A DNA stretch of 64,000 nucleotides, from the NCBI GenBank assembly GCA_963730915.1, contig CAVSTR010000003.1:192729-256728 (forward strand), read 5' to 3'. Below the pieces are notes generated by a model. That model was not told where the DNA came from. It did not search any database and was given only the letters and a program-made list of their open reading frames with translations. Numbering within the stretch: the stretch's first letter is position 1; each line of letters opens with the position of its first letter. Positions 1-8,144 of the stretch are shown in pieces. A program made the position numbers and the translations under genes. Source of the DNA: an uncultured Gemmatimonadales bacterium (GTDB taxonomy: Bacteria; Gemmatimonadota; Gemmatimonadetes; Gemmatimonadales; GWC2-71-9).

Positions 1-1
1 C

Positions 2-616
2 GACGAGGCGCTGGCGCTGCAGGAGGCCGGAGTAGATCTCGTGGTCGCGACCGGGGCCGAAGCCGGTGGGCATCGGCCATCCTTCCTGCGCGCACCCGAG
101 CTGTCGCTCACCGGCACGTTCTCACTGGTGCCGCAGGTGGTGGACGCCGTGGACATCCCGGTGGTCGCCGCCGGGGGCATTGCCGACGGGCGAGGCGTCG
201 CGGCCGCGCTGGCGCTCGGCGCCGACGCCGTGCAGATCGGAACCGCGTTTCTGGCGTGCGAGGAATCCAACGCGACGCCGGCTCACCGCGACGCGCTGCT
301 GAGCCAGCGTGGCCGGGACACCATGCTCACCCGTGCGTTCACCGGGCGGCTTGCGCGGGGACTGCGAAACCAGCTCGCGGAAACCCTGGAGCGCCGATCG
401 GCTCCGCTTCTGCCATATCCGCTCCAGGGTCAGCTCGTCGGCGCGCTGCGCGAGGAGGCACTCCGGCGGAACCGATTGGATCTCGTGGCGCTCTGGGGCG
501 GACAGTCGGCGCACCTGCTCCGGCACCGGCGCGCGGCTGACCTGTTTCAGGATCTGGTGGAGACCACCGGCCGTATCATGGGACAGACTCATCGGGTCGA
601 GGCAGAGTCTCCATGA
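2..616 (+). CDS. Nitronate monooxygenase family flavoprotein (5' truncated by window)
   Basis: Motifs G.EAGGHR, PVVAAGGIADGRG, VQIGTAFL and TRAFTGR.ARG. The frame is open to the window edge. Confidence 0.9.
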   Translation, partial: DEALALQEAGVDLVVATGAEAGGHRPSFLRAPELSLTGTFSLVPQVVDAVDIPVVAAGGIADGRGVAAALALGADAVQIGTAFLACEESNATPAHRDALLSQRGRDTMLTRAFTGRLARGLRNQLAETLERRSAPLLPYPLQGQLVGALREEALRRNRLDLVALWGGQSAHLLRHRRAADLFQDLVETTGRIMGQTHRVEAESP

Positions 617-1128
617 CGACGCCTCCCGAAGTGTGGCTGCGCGGCCCAGTCCCCGGTATTCAGCCGCTGCTGCAGCCCGCGGCCCACGCCATCCTGCAGG
701 TCGGCGAGGACGTCATTCCGATCGTGCGACACCTGACACCGGCGCAGCTCTGGACCCGTCCGGGCGGAGCCGCCGCGATCGGCTTCCATCTCGCCCACCT
801 GCCCGGTAGCCTCGACCGGTTGCTCACCTACTCGCGCTCCGAGCCTCTGAGCGCTGACCAGCTGGCATCGCTCGCCGCGGAGCGGACGGTACACGACGAC
901 AAACCTCAGCTCGAACCTTTGTTGACGAGATTCAGAGCCACGCTGGACGCAGCAATCGAGTATTTGCGGACCGTGTCTTCCGACAGCCTTCTGCTGCCGC
1001 GGGAGGTCGGCCGCAAGCGGCTGCCGTCGACGACACTGGGACTGATCTTCCACGCCGCCGAGCACTCGTCTCGGCATGCCGGTCAGATCGTGACGCTCAA
1101 CCGCGTGGTGCGTGAAGAGGACTTCTAG
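613..1128 (+). CDS. DinB/YfiT family protein
   Basis: Helical protein with IGFHLAHL and HAAEHSSRHAGQ His motifs. Its ATG overlaps the upstream stop (ATGA). Confidence 0.85.
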   Translation: MTTPPEVWLRGPVPGIQPLLQPAAHAILQVGEDVIPIVRHLTPAQLWTRPGGAAAIGFHLAHLPGSLDRLLTYSRSEPLSADQLASLAAERTVHDDKPQLEPLLTRFRATLDAAIEYLRTVSSDSLLLPREVGRKRLPSTTLGLIFHAAEHSSRHAGQIVTLNRVVREEDF

Positions 1129-1204
1129 ATGTCTCGTTCGGCTCCGCCGCCCAGCGGGTAGTCCGGCCAGGCTCGCGCCCCCACGCCGCAGGCTTCAGGT
1201 CGAA

Positions 1205-1547
1205 CAGGCGCCACACGTCACCGTTTTCGGCTGTCCTCGCGTCCGCTTCGGCATTCTGAACCGGCGGTGCGGCATCACTTCAGAAAAACGCCGGTAGACC
1301 TCGCCGGCGGTCCGGCACTTCTGACGCTCCGCCCGGCACTACTTCGCTCTCACTCCGGCAGAAGGTCGACTCTCGTCCGGCACTGTTGACGGACGCTCCG
1401 GCAGAGACCGTCGGACCGTCCGGCAGTTCTTGCCGATGACTCCGGCATCGCTGGCGATCGGTCCGGCACTCCTCGCCGGTACTCCGCCGTCACTCGCGGT
1501 CACTCCGGCACCACCCGTCGCTGACTTCGGCGGTCCTGGCGATCCGT
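1205..1547. repeat. Phased non-coding array: about 16 units of 21-22 bp, core (T)CCGGCA plus variable sequence
   Basis: Core or close variant starts at 1205, 1227, 1248, 1269, 1291, 1312, 1333, 1355, 1377, 1398, 1420, 1442, 1463, 1484, 1505 and 1527. Spacings are only 21 or 22. Confidence 0.9.
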
Positions 1548-1711
1548 GCCTTGTTGCTCGCATGACTCATGAAGTGTCTCAACAATAGGACGCTCTTCCT
1601 TATCGTATCAGAGCACTCAGTCGAATCTCCCTCCGCAAACGTGCTCCAGTCGCATGAAAATCGCGCTCACCGATTCCTTTGCATCGCGCGCTTCACCATG
1701 CTCGTGAAACG

Positions 1712-1730
1712 AGTTGACGGTAAGTTGACG
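1712..1730. promoter_or_regulatory. AGTTGACG direct repeat, 11-bp period (candidate TF site or tandem -35)
   Basis: AGTTGACG at 1712 and 1723, in the lower-GC spacer between the array and the next gene. Confidence 0.35.
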
Positions 1731-1840
1731 CCGGACATCGAGCACAACCTCCACGCAACATTCCATGAAAAATTTCGCGCGTGACGTGACTGCCGCGGAT
1801 GGCATGATCTACGCGTTCACGTGCCGCGTCCCGAGAGCCT

Positions 1841-1860
1841 GCCCTGAGCAAGGCGAAGGG
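1841..1860 (+). repeat. 20-bp direct repeat copy 1 (GCCCTGAGCAAGGCGAAGGG), REP-like
   Basis: 17/20 identical to 2616-2635. Confidence 0.65.
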
Positions 1861-1903
1861 TCCGGTAGTCCCACGCAGTCGAACTGCCATGGAGAAGCGT
1901 CGT

Positions 1904-2566
1904 ATGAAAGTCGACATTCGCCGTAAACTCGACATGGCGGGACGCGTTCGTGATTTCTGCCGGACGCATCTCGCCCCCGACAATGAGGGCTACACCGCCG
2001 CCGTCAAGCGGCTCGAGGAGCGGCTCGCCCGCGCCGAGGCCCTGGCCGAGCAGCAGGTGGCCGGCCGTGTGGCCGTCGCGGGAGCAGTGGCCAGCAAGGA
2101 GCAGCTCCGGGAGGAGATTCATATCACCCTCGGACTCCTTGCCGGCCTCGCCAGGCCCGCGGCTCAGGAGGAGCCCGAGCTGGGAGTTGGCTTCACGCGC
2201 CCCCGCACCAAGCTCAGCCATCAGGCTTTCCTGACTCGCGCCCGGGTCTCGGTTGCGAACGCGGCCGCGCACAAGGAGGTGCTGGTGCGGTACGGGATGC
2301 CGGAGAACTTTCCGGCCGAGCTGAGCGCCGCGCTCGATCGGTTCGAGCAGGCGCTCAACGAGAAGCATGCCGGTCGGGCGGCGCACGTGGGCGCCAGGGC
2401 AGACCTCGACGCAGTCATGGCCGAGATCATGCTCCTCATCTGGCAGCTCAATGCGCTGAACCGGTGGCGCTTCCGGCAGGATGCCGAGTCGCTGGCGGCG
2501 TGGAAGAGCGCGCGCAACGTGGCCTGGCCTGCGCCGGAGGAGAAGGTGGAGAAGCCGGCAGCGTGA
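1904..2566 (+). CDS. Uncharacterised all-alpha-helical protein (about 220 aa), array-adjacent
   Basis: Clean ORF 1889/1904-2566. GGAG at 1891 favours the ATG at 1904. Ala/Leu/Arg/Glu-rich amphipathic helices, no TM segment or signal peptide. Confidence 0.85.
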   Translation: MKVDIRRKLDMAGRVRDFCRTHLAPDNEGYTAAVKRLEERLARAEALAEQQVAGRVAVAGAVASKEQLREEIHITLGLLAGLARPAAQEEPELGVGFTRPRTKLSHQAFLTRARVSVANAAAHKEVLVRYGMPENFPAELSAALDRFEQALNEKHAGRAAHVGARADLDAVMAEIMLLIWQLNALNRWRFRQDAESLAAWKSARNVAWPAPEEKVEKPAA

Positions 2567-2615
2567 TGGTGGGCGGGTAAGCGGGTAAGCGACAGCTATT
2601 GGTCGCCGGAGTTAA

Positions 2616-2635
2616 GCCCTGAGCACGTCGAAGAG
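2616..2635 (+). repeat. 20-bp direct repeat copy 2 (GCCCTGAGCACGTCGAAGAG), REP-like
   Basis: 17/20 identical to 1841-1860. Confidence 0.65.
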
Positions 2636-2778
2636 GCTGGGAAGCAGTAGAGCGCTGGACCGGTAGGGGTTGCCGGCGTGACCGGGAGACCCACTATCGA
2701 ACGGAACGACGACGTACCGTCGGCCTGCCGGCCCACCGAGCTACATCCCGTGAAGCCTCGAGGGACTTCGATTGTGTC

Positions 2779-3970
2779 TCAGGGCGCCCCATCCAGTCCT
2801 TGCAGCAGCTTCCTCACCGACTCAATTTTCCCCTGCCAGCGGGACGGCGCGATCGCAAGGAACGAGGTAAACGATTTCCGCGCCTCCTCGTGATTGCCCT
2901 GTGAGTAGTGGAGCATCCCGGCCCAGAAGGGAGCATCGGCGAGCCGCGGGTTCGCCTCGGCGGCCCGGCCCAGTGCGTCCATCGCAACCTCGAATTGACC
3001 CGCCTTCACGGCGGTCACGCCCAGATCGATGAGCAGGCCCGCGTCGTCGGGGTTGGCGTTCATTGCATTCTGCCGCCCAGCGACCCCCTCGGTCCACTTC
3101 TTATCCTCCTCGTACAGTGTGGCCATGCGGACATGGGCCATGTACAACCCGATGTCGCGCTCCAGCACAGTGCGGTACAGCGCCAGCGCCGCCTCCTTCT
3201 CACCGTGAGCCTGCAGCAGAATCGCCTTGATGTAGCGGTAGTCATTGGCTCGGAGCTCGTGACGAATGAGCTTGTCCCGGTTCCGATGCTCGTATCTCTC
3301 CTGCTCTTCGAGCAGTTCTCCACGACCTCATCGCCTCTGTGATCTTCCCGATCCTGGCGCCACAGAGAGTCTTGAACCAATAGACGTCACGCGGCAGCGG
3401 ACCCTTTACCGTGAAGCCCCAGTTCTGCTCCAACCGCACGATCCCCTGGTAGGCATCCGCATAGCGGCCATTGAAGACATCGTCGTACGGCTTCACAAAA
3501 AGCTTGTACAGATCGGGATACTCGAAGCGCCACATCCCCTGGTCTCGTGGAGTGATGGCGCCGATGATCCGGAGATCCACGAATGGATTGATGAAGAAGG
3601 CGCGCCAGAATTCCCGCTCCGACTCTTCGATTCGCGGCTTCCATTCCGCCGGAACTCTGTCCCCGTCCTCCTTCCACAGCTTCGGCCGCCGCGCATACGG
3701 GAGAAATGCCAGAGCCAGGTGCGGCTCCGCATACTTCGGATCGAGCATCATGGACAGTCTCAGCGCCCGTTCGGCGTCGTCGTAGCGCTTCGCGTTCCAG
3801 TGCGCCAGCGCGATGTAATACTGGGCCGAGGCGTCGTTGGAGTCCCGCACCGCCGATTCCTCCACTAGCTTGAGCGGCAAGGGGATTGGTATCTGTTGCG
3901 CGGGCAGGCGAAAACGCCGATCACGCACAGAACAGCCACCGGCGATGACGTCCGGGTCATAGCCGTTCAC
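2779..3970 (-). CDS. Tetratricopeptide repeat protein (frameshifted near 3320-3335)
   Basis: TPR-like helices in both fragments (AQYYIALAHWNAKRYDDAERAL; LLIDLGVTAVKAGQFEVAMDAL). The downstream frame extends upstream as ELLEEQERY...ANDYRYIKAILLQAHGEKEAALALYR. Confidence 0.75.
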
Positions 3971-4091
3971 CTGGCAAGGAGCTTATGAGAGTGAATGGGG
4001 GATGGCTGAAGATGCACAAACCGGGCCGGGGCGTGACTGAGTTCTCGGACCCCGAGGGCCCGGAGTTGACGTCAATCCGCGTAGCCTCCGT

Positions 4092-6020
4092 GTGTCTCCG
4101 TGCCTCGGTGGTGCGCAGTTGAAGGAGCTCCGGTCACTCGCGCGCGCAATGGGTGTGCACACGCGCTACATCGATGGACTGGGCAAGCACGTCAACGTCG
4201 AGCCCGAGACACTCCTGCGCGTTTGCAACGCGCTTGGTGCCGCAATAGAGCGGTTCGCCGATGCTGCCGACGCATTGCGCGCGTATCAGCAGACCCGAAG
4301 CACCCAACTACTGCCGCCTGTGCTCGTCGCGTGGGACGGAGTGCTACCGCCCATTCGCCTTCCGGAAGCCGGCACCGTCAACGCTGAAGTGCACTCGGTG
4401 GATGGCGACGTCGTCCGCCTCGACGCGGTCGGCGCCGAGCTTCGAATTTCTCGTACGCTTCTGGCCGGCTACCACCAGCTCAGCCTCGAAGCGGGAGGCA
4501 CAGTGGCGACCTCCACGGTGATTGCCGCTCCAGTGAAATCATGGCGCAGGCCGGGCTCACACCGGAGCTGGGGCATCGGTACCCACCTGGCGGCGCTCCG
4601 CTCCGCCCGCAGCCGGTCGGTTGGCGACCTCCGAGACCTCGCATCGTTCTGCCGCTGGGTTCGAGAACGGCATGGTGATCTGGTTACGGCGCTCCCACTA
4701 CTCCCTACATTCAACAGCGAGCCGCCGGAGCCCAGCCCCTATTCGCCGGTGAGCCGCCTCTTCTGGTCCGAGCTGATGCTGGACCTGGAGGACGCTCATC
4801 ACCCGACCAGCTCTCCGGCCTCTCTGGACGTGAAGCTTGCCGATGCCGAGGTACGGGCTGCGCTGGCCGCTCGTCCCGCACCCGACTCCGCACTCCTGGA
4901 CGATGAGCTGCTGCGCTATGCGCGGTTCCGCGGGGCGCAGGCCAGGCTGGGCCGGAATTGGCGGGACTGGCCCGCAGACGCTCGCAGCGGACGCCTGAGC
5001 GCGGAGGACGTGGATTCCGACGAAGTGCGTTTCCAGCTCACGGCCCAGACACTCTTGCGAGAACAGCTCGGCGGCTTGAAACGGCAGTTGGAGCAGGACG
5101 AGATGCGTCTTGGATTGGACCTCGCGGTGGGGGTTCATCCGGACGGATACGACCCATGGTCCCGACAGTCACTGTTCGGCGAAGGGATGTCGGTCGGTGC
5201 GCCGCCGGACCAGGGCTTTCCCAGCGGTCAGGACTGGGGCTTCACTCCGGTGCTTCCCGAAGCCTCACGCAGGGAAGGTCACCGGTATCTCGCCGCGTCC
5301 CTTGCCCACCAGGCGAGCCTTGCGGGAGTGCTCCGGGTAGACCACATCATGGCGTGGACTCGCCTCTACTGGATCCCGCATGGGATGGGAGTGCACGAAG
5401 GCACCTACGTGTCGTACCCCGCTGAAGAGCTCTTCGGAATGCTGACACTGGAGTCCACAGTCAACCAGTGCGAAGTTGTGGGCGAAAATCTGGGCACCGT
5501 GCCGCGCGAGATCCATAAGGCCCTTCCCCGCCATGGGATCTGGGGGATGTACCTGGCGGAGTTCCAGTCCCCCGACGAGCCGGCGATTCGTCCTCCCACT
5601 GAAATGGATGTCGCGCTGGTGGGAACGCATGACACACCGACATTCGCCGGCTGGCTCACGGCGAACGACGTGGCCGAACGGGTTCGCTATGGGCTTCTGC
5701 CCGAACACGCCGCGCCCGGGGTGCGCGACGAACGAGCGAGAGCCGCCCACTGGCTCGCCGAGCGGATGAACAGCTGCGTGGATGAGCCCCACGCATTCTT
5801 CGCGGAGCTGCTGGCATGGCTCGGACGTTCGGAGAGCCCGCTCGTGGTTCCGTGGCTCGAGGATCTCTGGCTGGAGCAGCGCGGCGTGAATCTTCCCGGA
5901 ACCCGATCATCGGACCGCCCCAACTGGCAGCGTCCCATGAGCCGGTTGCTCGACGAGATCTTCACCGACACGCAAGTTGCTGACCTTCTCGGGGGTCTCG
6001 ACCAGGCGCGGCGCCGGTGA
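4092..6020 (+). CDS. malQ: 4-alpha-glucanotransferase (amylomaltase, GH77)
   Basis: Motifs PSPYSPVSRLF, LDLAVGV, GAPPD...GQDWG, LRVDHIM, VGENLG, GTHDTPT and NLPGT...NW. Start uncertain. Confidence 0.92.
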   Translation: MSPCLGGAQLKELRSLARAMGVHTRYIDGLGKHVNVEPETLLRVCNALGAAIERFADAADALRAYQQTRSTQLLPPVLVAWDGVLPPIRLPEAGTVNAEVHSVDGDVVRLDAVGAELRISRTLLAGYHQLSLEAGGTVATSTVIAAPVKSWRRPGSHRSWGIGTHLAALRSARSRSVGDLRDLASFCRWVRERHGDLVTALPLLPTFNSEPPEPSPYSPVSRLFWSELMLDLEDAHHPTSSPASLDVKLADAEVRAALAARPAPDSALLDDELLRYARFRGAQARLGRNWRDWPADARSGRLSAEDVDSDEVRFQLTAQTLLREQLGGLKRQLEQDEMRLGLDLAVGVHPDGYDPWSRQSLFGEGMSVGAPPDQGFPSGQDWGFTPVLPEASRREGHRYLAASLAHQASLAGVLRVDHIMAWTRLYWIPHGMGVHEGTYVSYPAEELFGMLTLESTVNQCEVVGENLGTVPREIHKALPRHGIWGMYLAEFQSPDEPAIRPPTEMDVALVGTHDTPTFAGWLTANDVAERVRYGLLPEHAAPGVRDERARAAHWLAERMNSCVDEPHAFFAELLAWLGRSESPLVVPWLEDLWLEQRGVNLPGTRSSDRPNWQRPMSRLLDEIFTDTQVADLLGGLDQARRR

Positions 6021-6045
6021 GTCGCCAGCGACCTTCAGTCGAAAC

Positions 6046-6274
6046 ATGATTCCCCGCCTGCTCGTGGTTACCCTCGTCTGCGGTTGCGCGGCCAACAGCC
6101 ACTCGGGGGTTGTTCCAACGGAACCTGATCCTGCCTGCTCGTTCCGCTCGCCAACCACTTGCTGGTCAGTCGGAGGACGGTTTCCGACGCAAGGCTACAT
6201 CGCGTAATCGACCTCAAGACCCACTGGCCGACTCGACTTTGCTGGCTGTTGTGGCTGACACCACCCGGGAGTGA
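6046..6274 (+). CDS. Small putative lipoprotein (probable frameshift near 6190)
   Basis: MIPRLLVVTLVCGC has a lipobox-like end. The frame stops at 6207, while a shifted frame continues RKATSRNRPQDPLADSTLLAVVADTTRE*. Confidence 0.4.
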
Positions 6275-6327
6275 CCCTATCCCGTGCGGCGGTAGATCAC
6301 CGCTTTCCACCATGAGGACAACACGCC

Positions 6328-6738
6328 ATGAAAGCTCATCGTTTCCTGGTCGTCCTGACCGCTCTCAACCTGCTACTGCTGAGTTTTCTGCTGCTCACGC
6401 GGGCACCATCGGCTTTGGCCTACACCGGAGCGGACGTGGTCCGGGGCACCGCACTGGAGATCGTTGACAGCCGTGGCCGGGTGCGGGCAAGCATCAAGGT
6501 GCAGCCCGCCGAGACCTTTAAGCCAACCGGCAAAAAATACCCGGATACTGTCGTCCTTCGGTTGATCGATCCAAATGGGCGCCCGGAAGTGAAGATCGTC
6601 GCGTCCGAGCAGGGAGGTGGACTTTCATTCGTCGGCGATTCCGACGCGACCCAGGTTCTCCTTCACGCGGATCGCGCCGAAAGTTTGCTGCGCCTGACGA
6701 ACGAGGCAGGACGGGAGCGGCTCATCGAGCCGGAATGA
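6328..6738 (+). CDS. Hypothetical membrane-anchored/secreted beta-rich protein
   Basis: GAGGA RBS, N-terminal hydrophobic helix, repeated LEIVD..GRVR / LRLID.NGRP beta motifs. Confidence 0.75.
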   Translation: MKAHRFLVVLTALNLLLLSFLLLTRAPSALAYTGADVVRGTALEIVDSRGRVRASIKVQPAETFKPTGKKYPDTVVLRLIDPNGRPEVKIVASEQGGGLSFVGDSDATQVLLHADRAESLLRLTNEAGRERLIEPE

Positions 6739-6740
6739 GA

Positions 6741-7256
6741 CTAGCGCCTTCCTGCCGTTTCGCCTTCGAAGGCGCGCTTCAACTCGTCTATGTCGAGCTT
6801 CTTCATCTGCATCATTGCCTCCATCGCCCGATTTGCCTTCTCGCGATCGGGATCGTTCAGCATTTCCACCATTCCCGTGGGAACGACCTGCCACGATAGA
6901 CCGTACCGGTCTTTGAGCCAGCCACACTGCTGCGCCTTCGGATCTCCACCCTGCCCCAGGCGATTCCAGTACTGGTTTACCTCCTCCTGCGTCTTGCAGA
7001 TGACCTGGAAGGAAACCGCCTCGTTGAACTTGAAGTGCGGTCCGCCGTTCAGAGCGGTAAACGGCTGACCGTTGAGCTCGAACTCAACCGTCATTACCGA
7101 TCCCGGAGCGCGGCCGTGGACTTCCTGACCCGCCTCAGGATACCGCGTGATCGCCACGATCTTAGAGTCCTTGAAAATGCCGGTGTAAAACCGGGCCGCT
7201 TCTTCCGCCTGCGAGTCGAACCACAGGCAAGGTGTGATTGGTTGCGAAAGACTCAT
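6741..7256 (-). CDS. VOC/PhnB-like (3-demethylubiquinone-9 3-methyltransferase family) protein
   Basis: ITPCLWFD, ALNGGPHFKFNEAVSF and CGWLKDRYGLSWQVVP. AGGAG RBS before ATG 7256. Confidence 0.92.
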   Translation of the reverse strand: MSLSQPITPCLWFDSQAEEAARFYTGIFKDSKIVAITRYPEAGQEVHGRAPGSVMTVEFELNGQPFTALNGGPHFKFNEAVSFQVICKTQEEVNQYWNRLGQGGDPKAQQCGWLKDRYGLSWQVVPTGMVEMLNDPDREKANRAMEAMMQMKKLDIDELKRAFEGETAGRR

Positions 7257-7326
7257 GACTAACTCCTGCGTAAATGGTAAGTTGAGCATGACGGCACGAG
7301 TGCTAGTCCGGCACTTCTAACCATAC

Positions 7327-7353
7327 GACGTTCGGCGGTCCTCGAAATCGACA
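7327..7353 (-). promoter_or_regulatory. Candidate ECF42-type promoter TGTCGA-N17-CGTC
   Basis: Minus strand reads TGTCGA tttcgaggaccgccgaa CGTC, upstream of the VOC gene. Confidence 0.5.
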
Positions 7354-7438
7354 GCAGCCTCCATAATTTATACTCTTGCCGTTCTACCCTTGCTCGCAGC
7401 TGGGAGCCGGCAAACCCGAGCAGGACCAAGGTGCGATC

Positions 7439-7573
7439 ATGACCGAATCGGAGAGAACATTGTTGATGGTGGTTTCTGTCATCGGCGCCCTGGGGCTGGC
7501 GGTCCTGTATCTCATTCTCAAGGTACTCTGGCGCATAGTTCGTGAACTCGAAAACAGGAACCGATCACCATGA
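7439..7573 (+). CDS. Small single-TM protein (44 aa)
   Basis: MTESERTLLMVVSVIGALGLAVLYLILKVLWR; its stop overlaps the next ATG. Confidence 0.55.
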   Translation: MTESERTLLMVVSVIGALGLAVLYLILKVLWRIVRELENRNRSP

Positions 7574-7761
7574 CGTACGATCCTCCGGTACCCTGGTCAC
7601 CCTCGGGCCCCGACGAGCAACCCTCTACCCTCCCGAAGGACAGCCAGGGTCAGGCGATCAACGAGGATCGGCGCGAGCGAAAAGCCCGCGAAGCCGAGTT
7701 CGAGGCCAAGCATGGCCGCAAGATGAGCAAGAAGGATCGCAAGCGGCTTCGGGGCGGCTAG
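7570..7761 (+). CDS. Small hypothetical protein with basic C-terminus
   Basis: ATGA-coupled to the upstream ORF; ends 10 bp before the next gene. Confidence 0.5.
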   Translation: MTYDPPVPWSPSGPDEQPSTLPKDSQGQAINEDRRERKAREAEFEAKHGRKMSKKDRKRLRGG

Positions 7762-7771
7762 GAGGCACAGC

Positions 7772-8143
7772 ATGAGCGCGAACAAGCGCACCGTCGAGCG
7801 GTACATCGACGGCTTCAACCGAAGCGACCATGCCGAGATCCTCGCGTGCCTTACCGATGACGTTGAATGGGTAATGCCTGGCGCATTTCACGTAACCGGA
7901 AAGGAGGCTTTCGACCGGGAGATCGAGAACGACGCATTCACCGGCAGTCCTAGCGTGAGGATCACACGAATGGTCGAGGAGAAGGACGTCGTCATGGCCG
8001 AGGGTACGGTTCGCGCTGCCTGGAAAGGCGGTGGTGTTCTCGAAGCGGTCTTCTGCGATGCGTTCGAGATGGACGGAGGCAAAATCAAGCGCCTGATCTC
8101 GTATCTGGTCATGCTGACCGAGCAGCCATCGGGTTCCCGCTAG
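7772..8143 (+). CDS. SnoaL-like / NTF2 family protein
   Basis: GGAGG RBS; motifs CLTDDVEW.MPG, GKEAF and FCDAFEM.GGKIKRL. Confidence 0.88.
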   Translation: MSANKRTVERYIDGFNRSDHAEILACLTDDVEWVMPGAFHVTGKEAFDREIENDAFTGSPSVRITRMVEEKDVVMAEGTVRAAWKGGGVLEAVFCDAFEMDGGKIKRLISYLVMLTEQPSGSR

Positions 8144-8144
8144 G

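Noticed and set aside
1205-1547. Canonical CRISPR array
   Set aside because: The conserved core is only 6-7 bp, the unit is 21-22 bp, and there are no cas genes in the window.
1339-1563. 74-aa minus-strand ORF as a heptad-repeat protein explaining the array
   Set aside because: The core is read in changing frames (AG, CR, PE/PD) because of the 22-nt units, and the ORF covers only part of the array.
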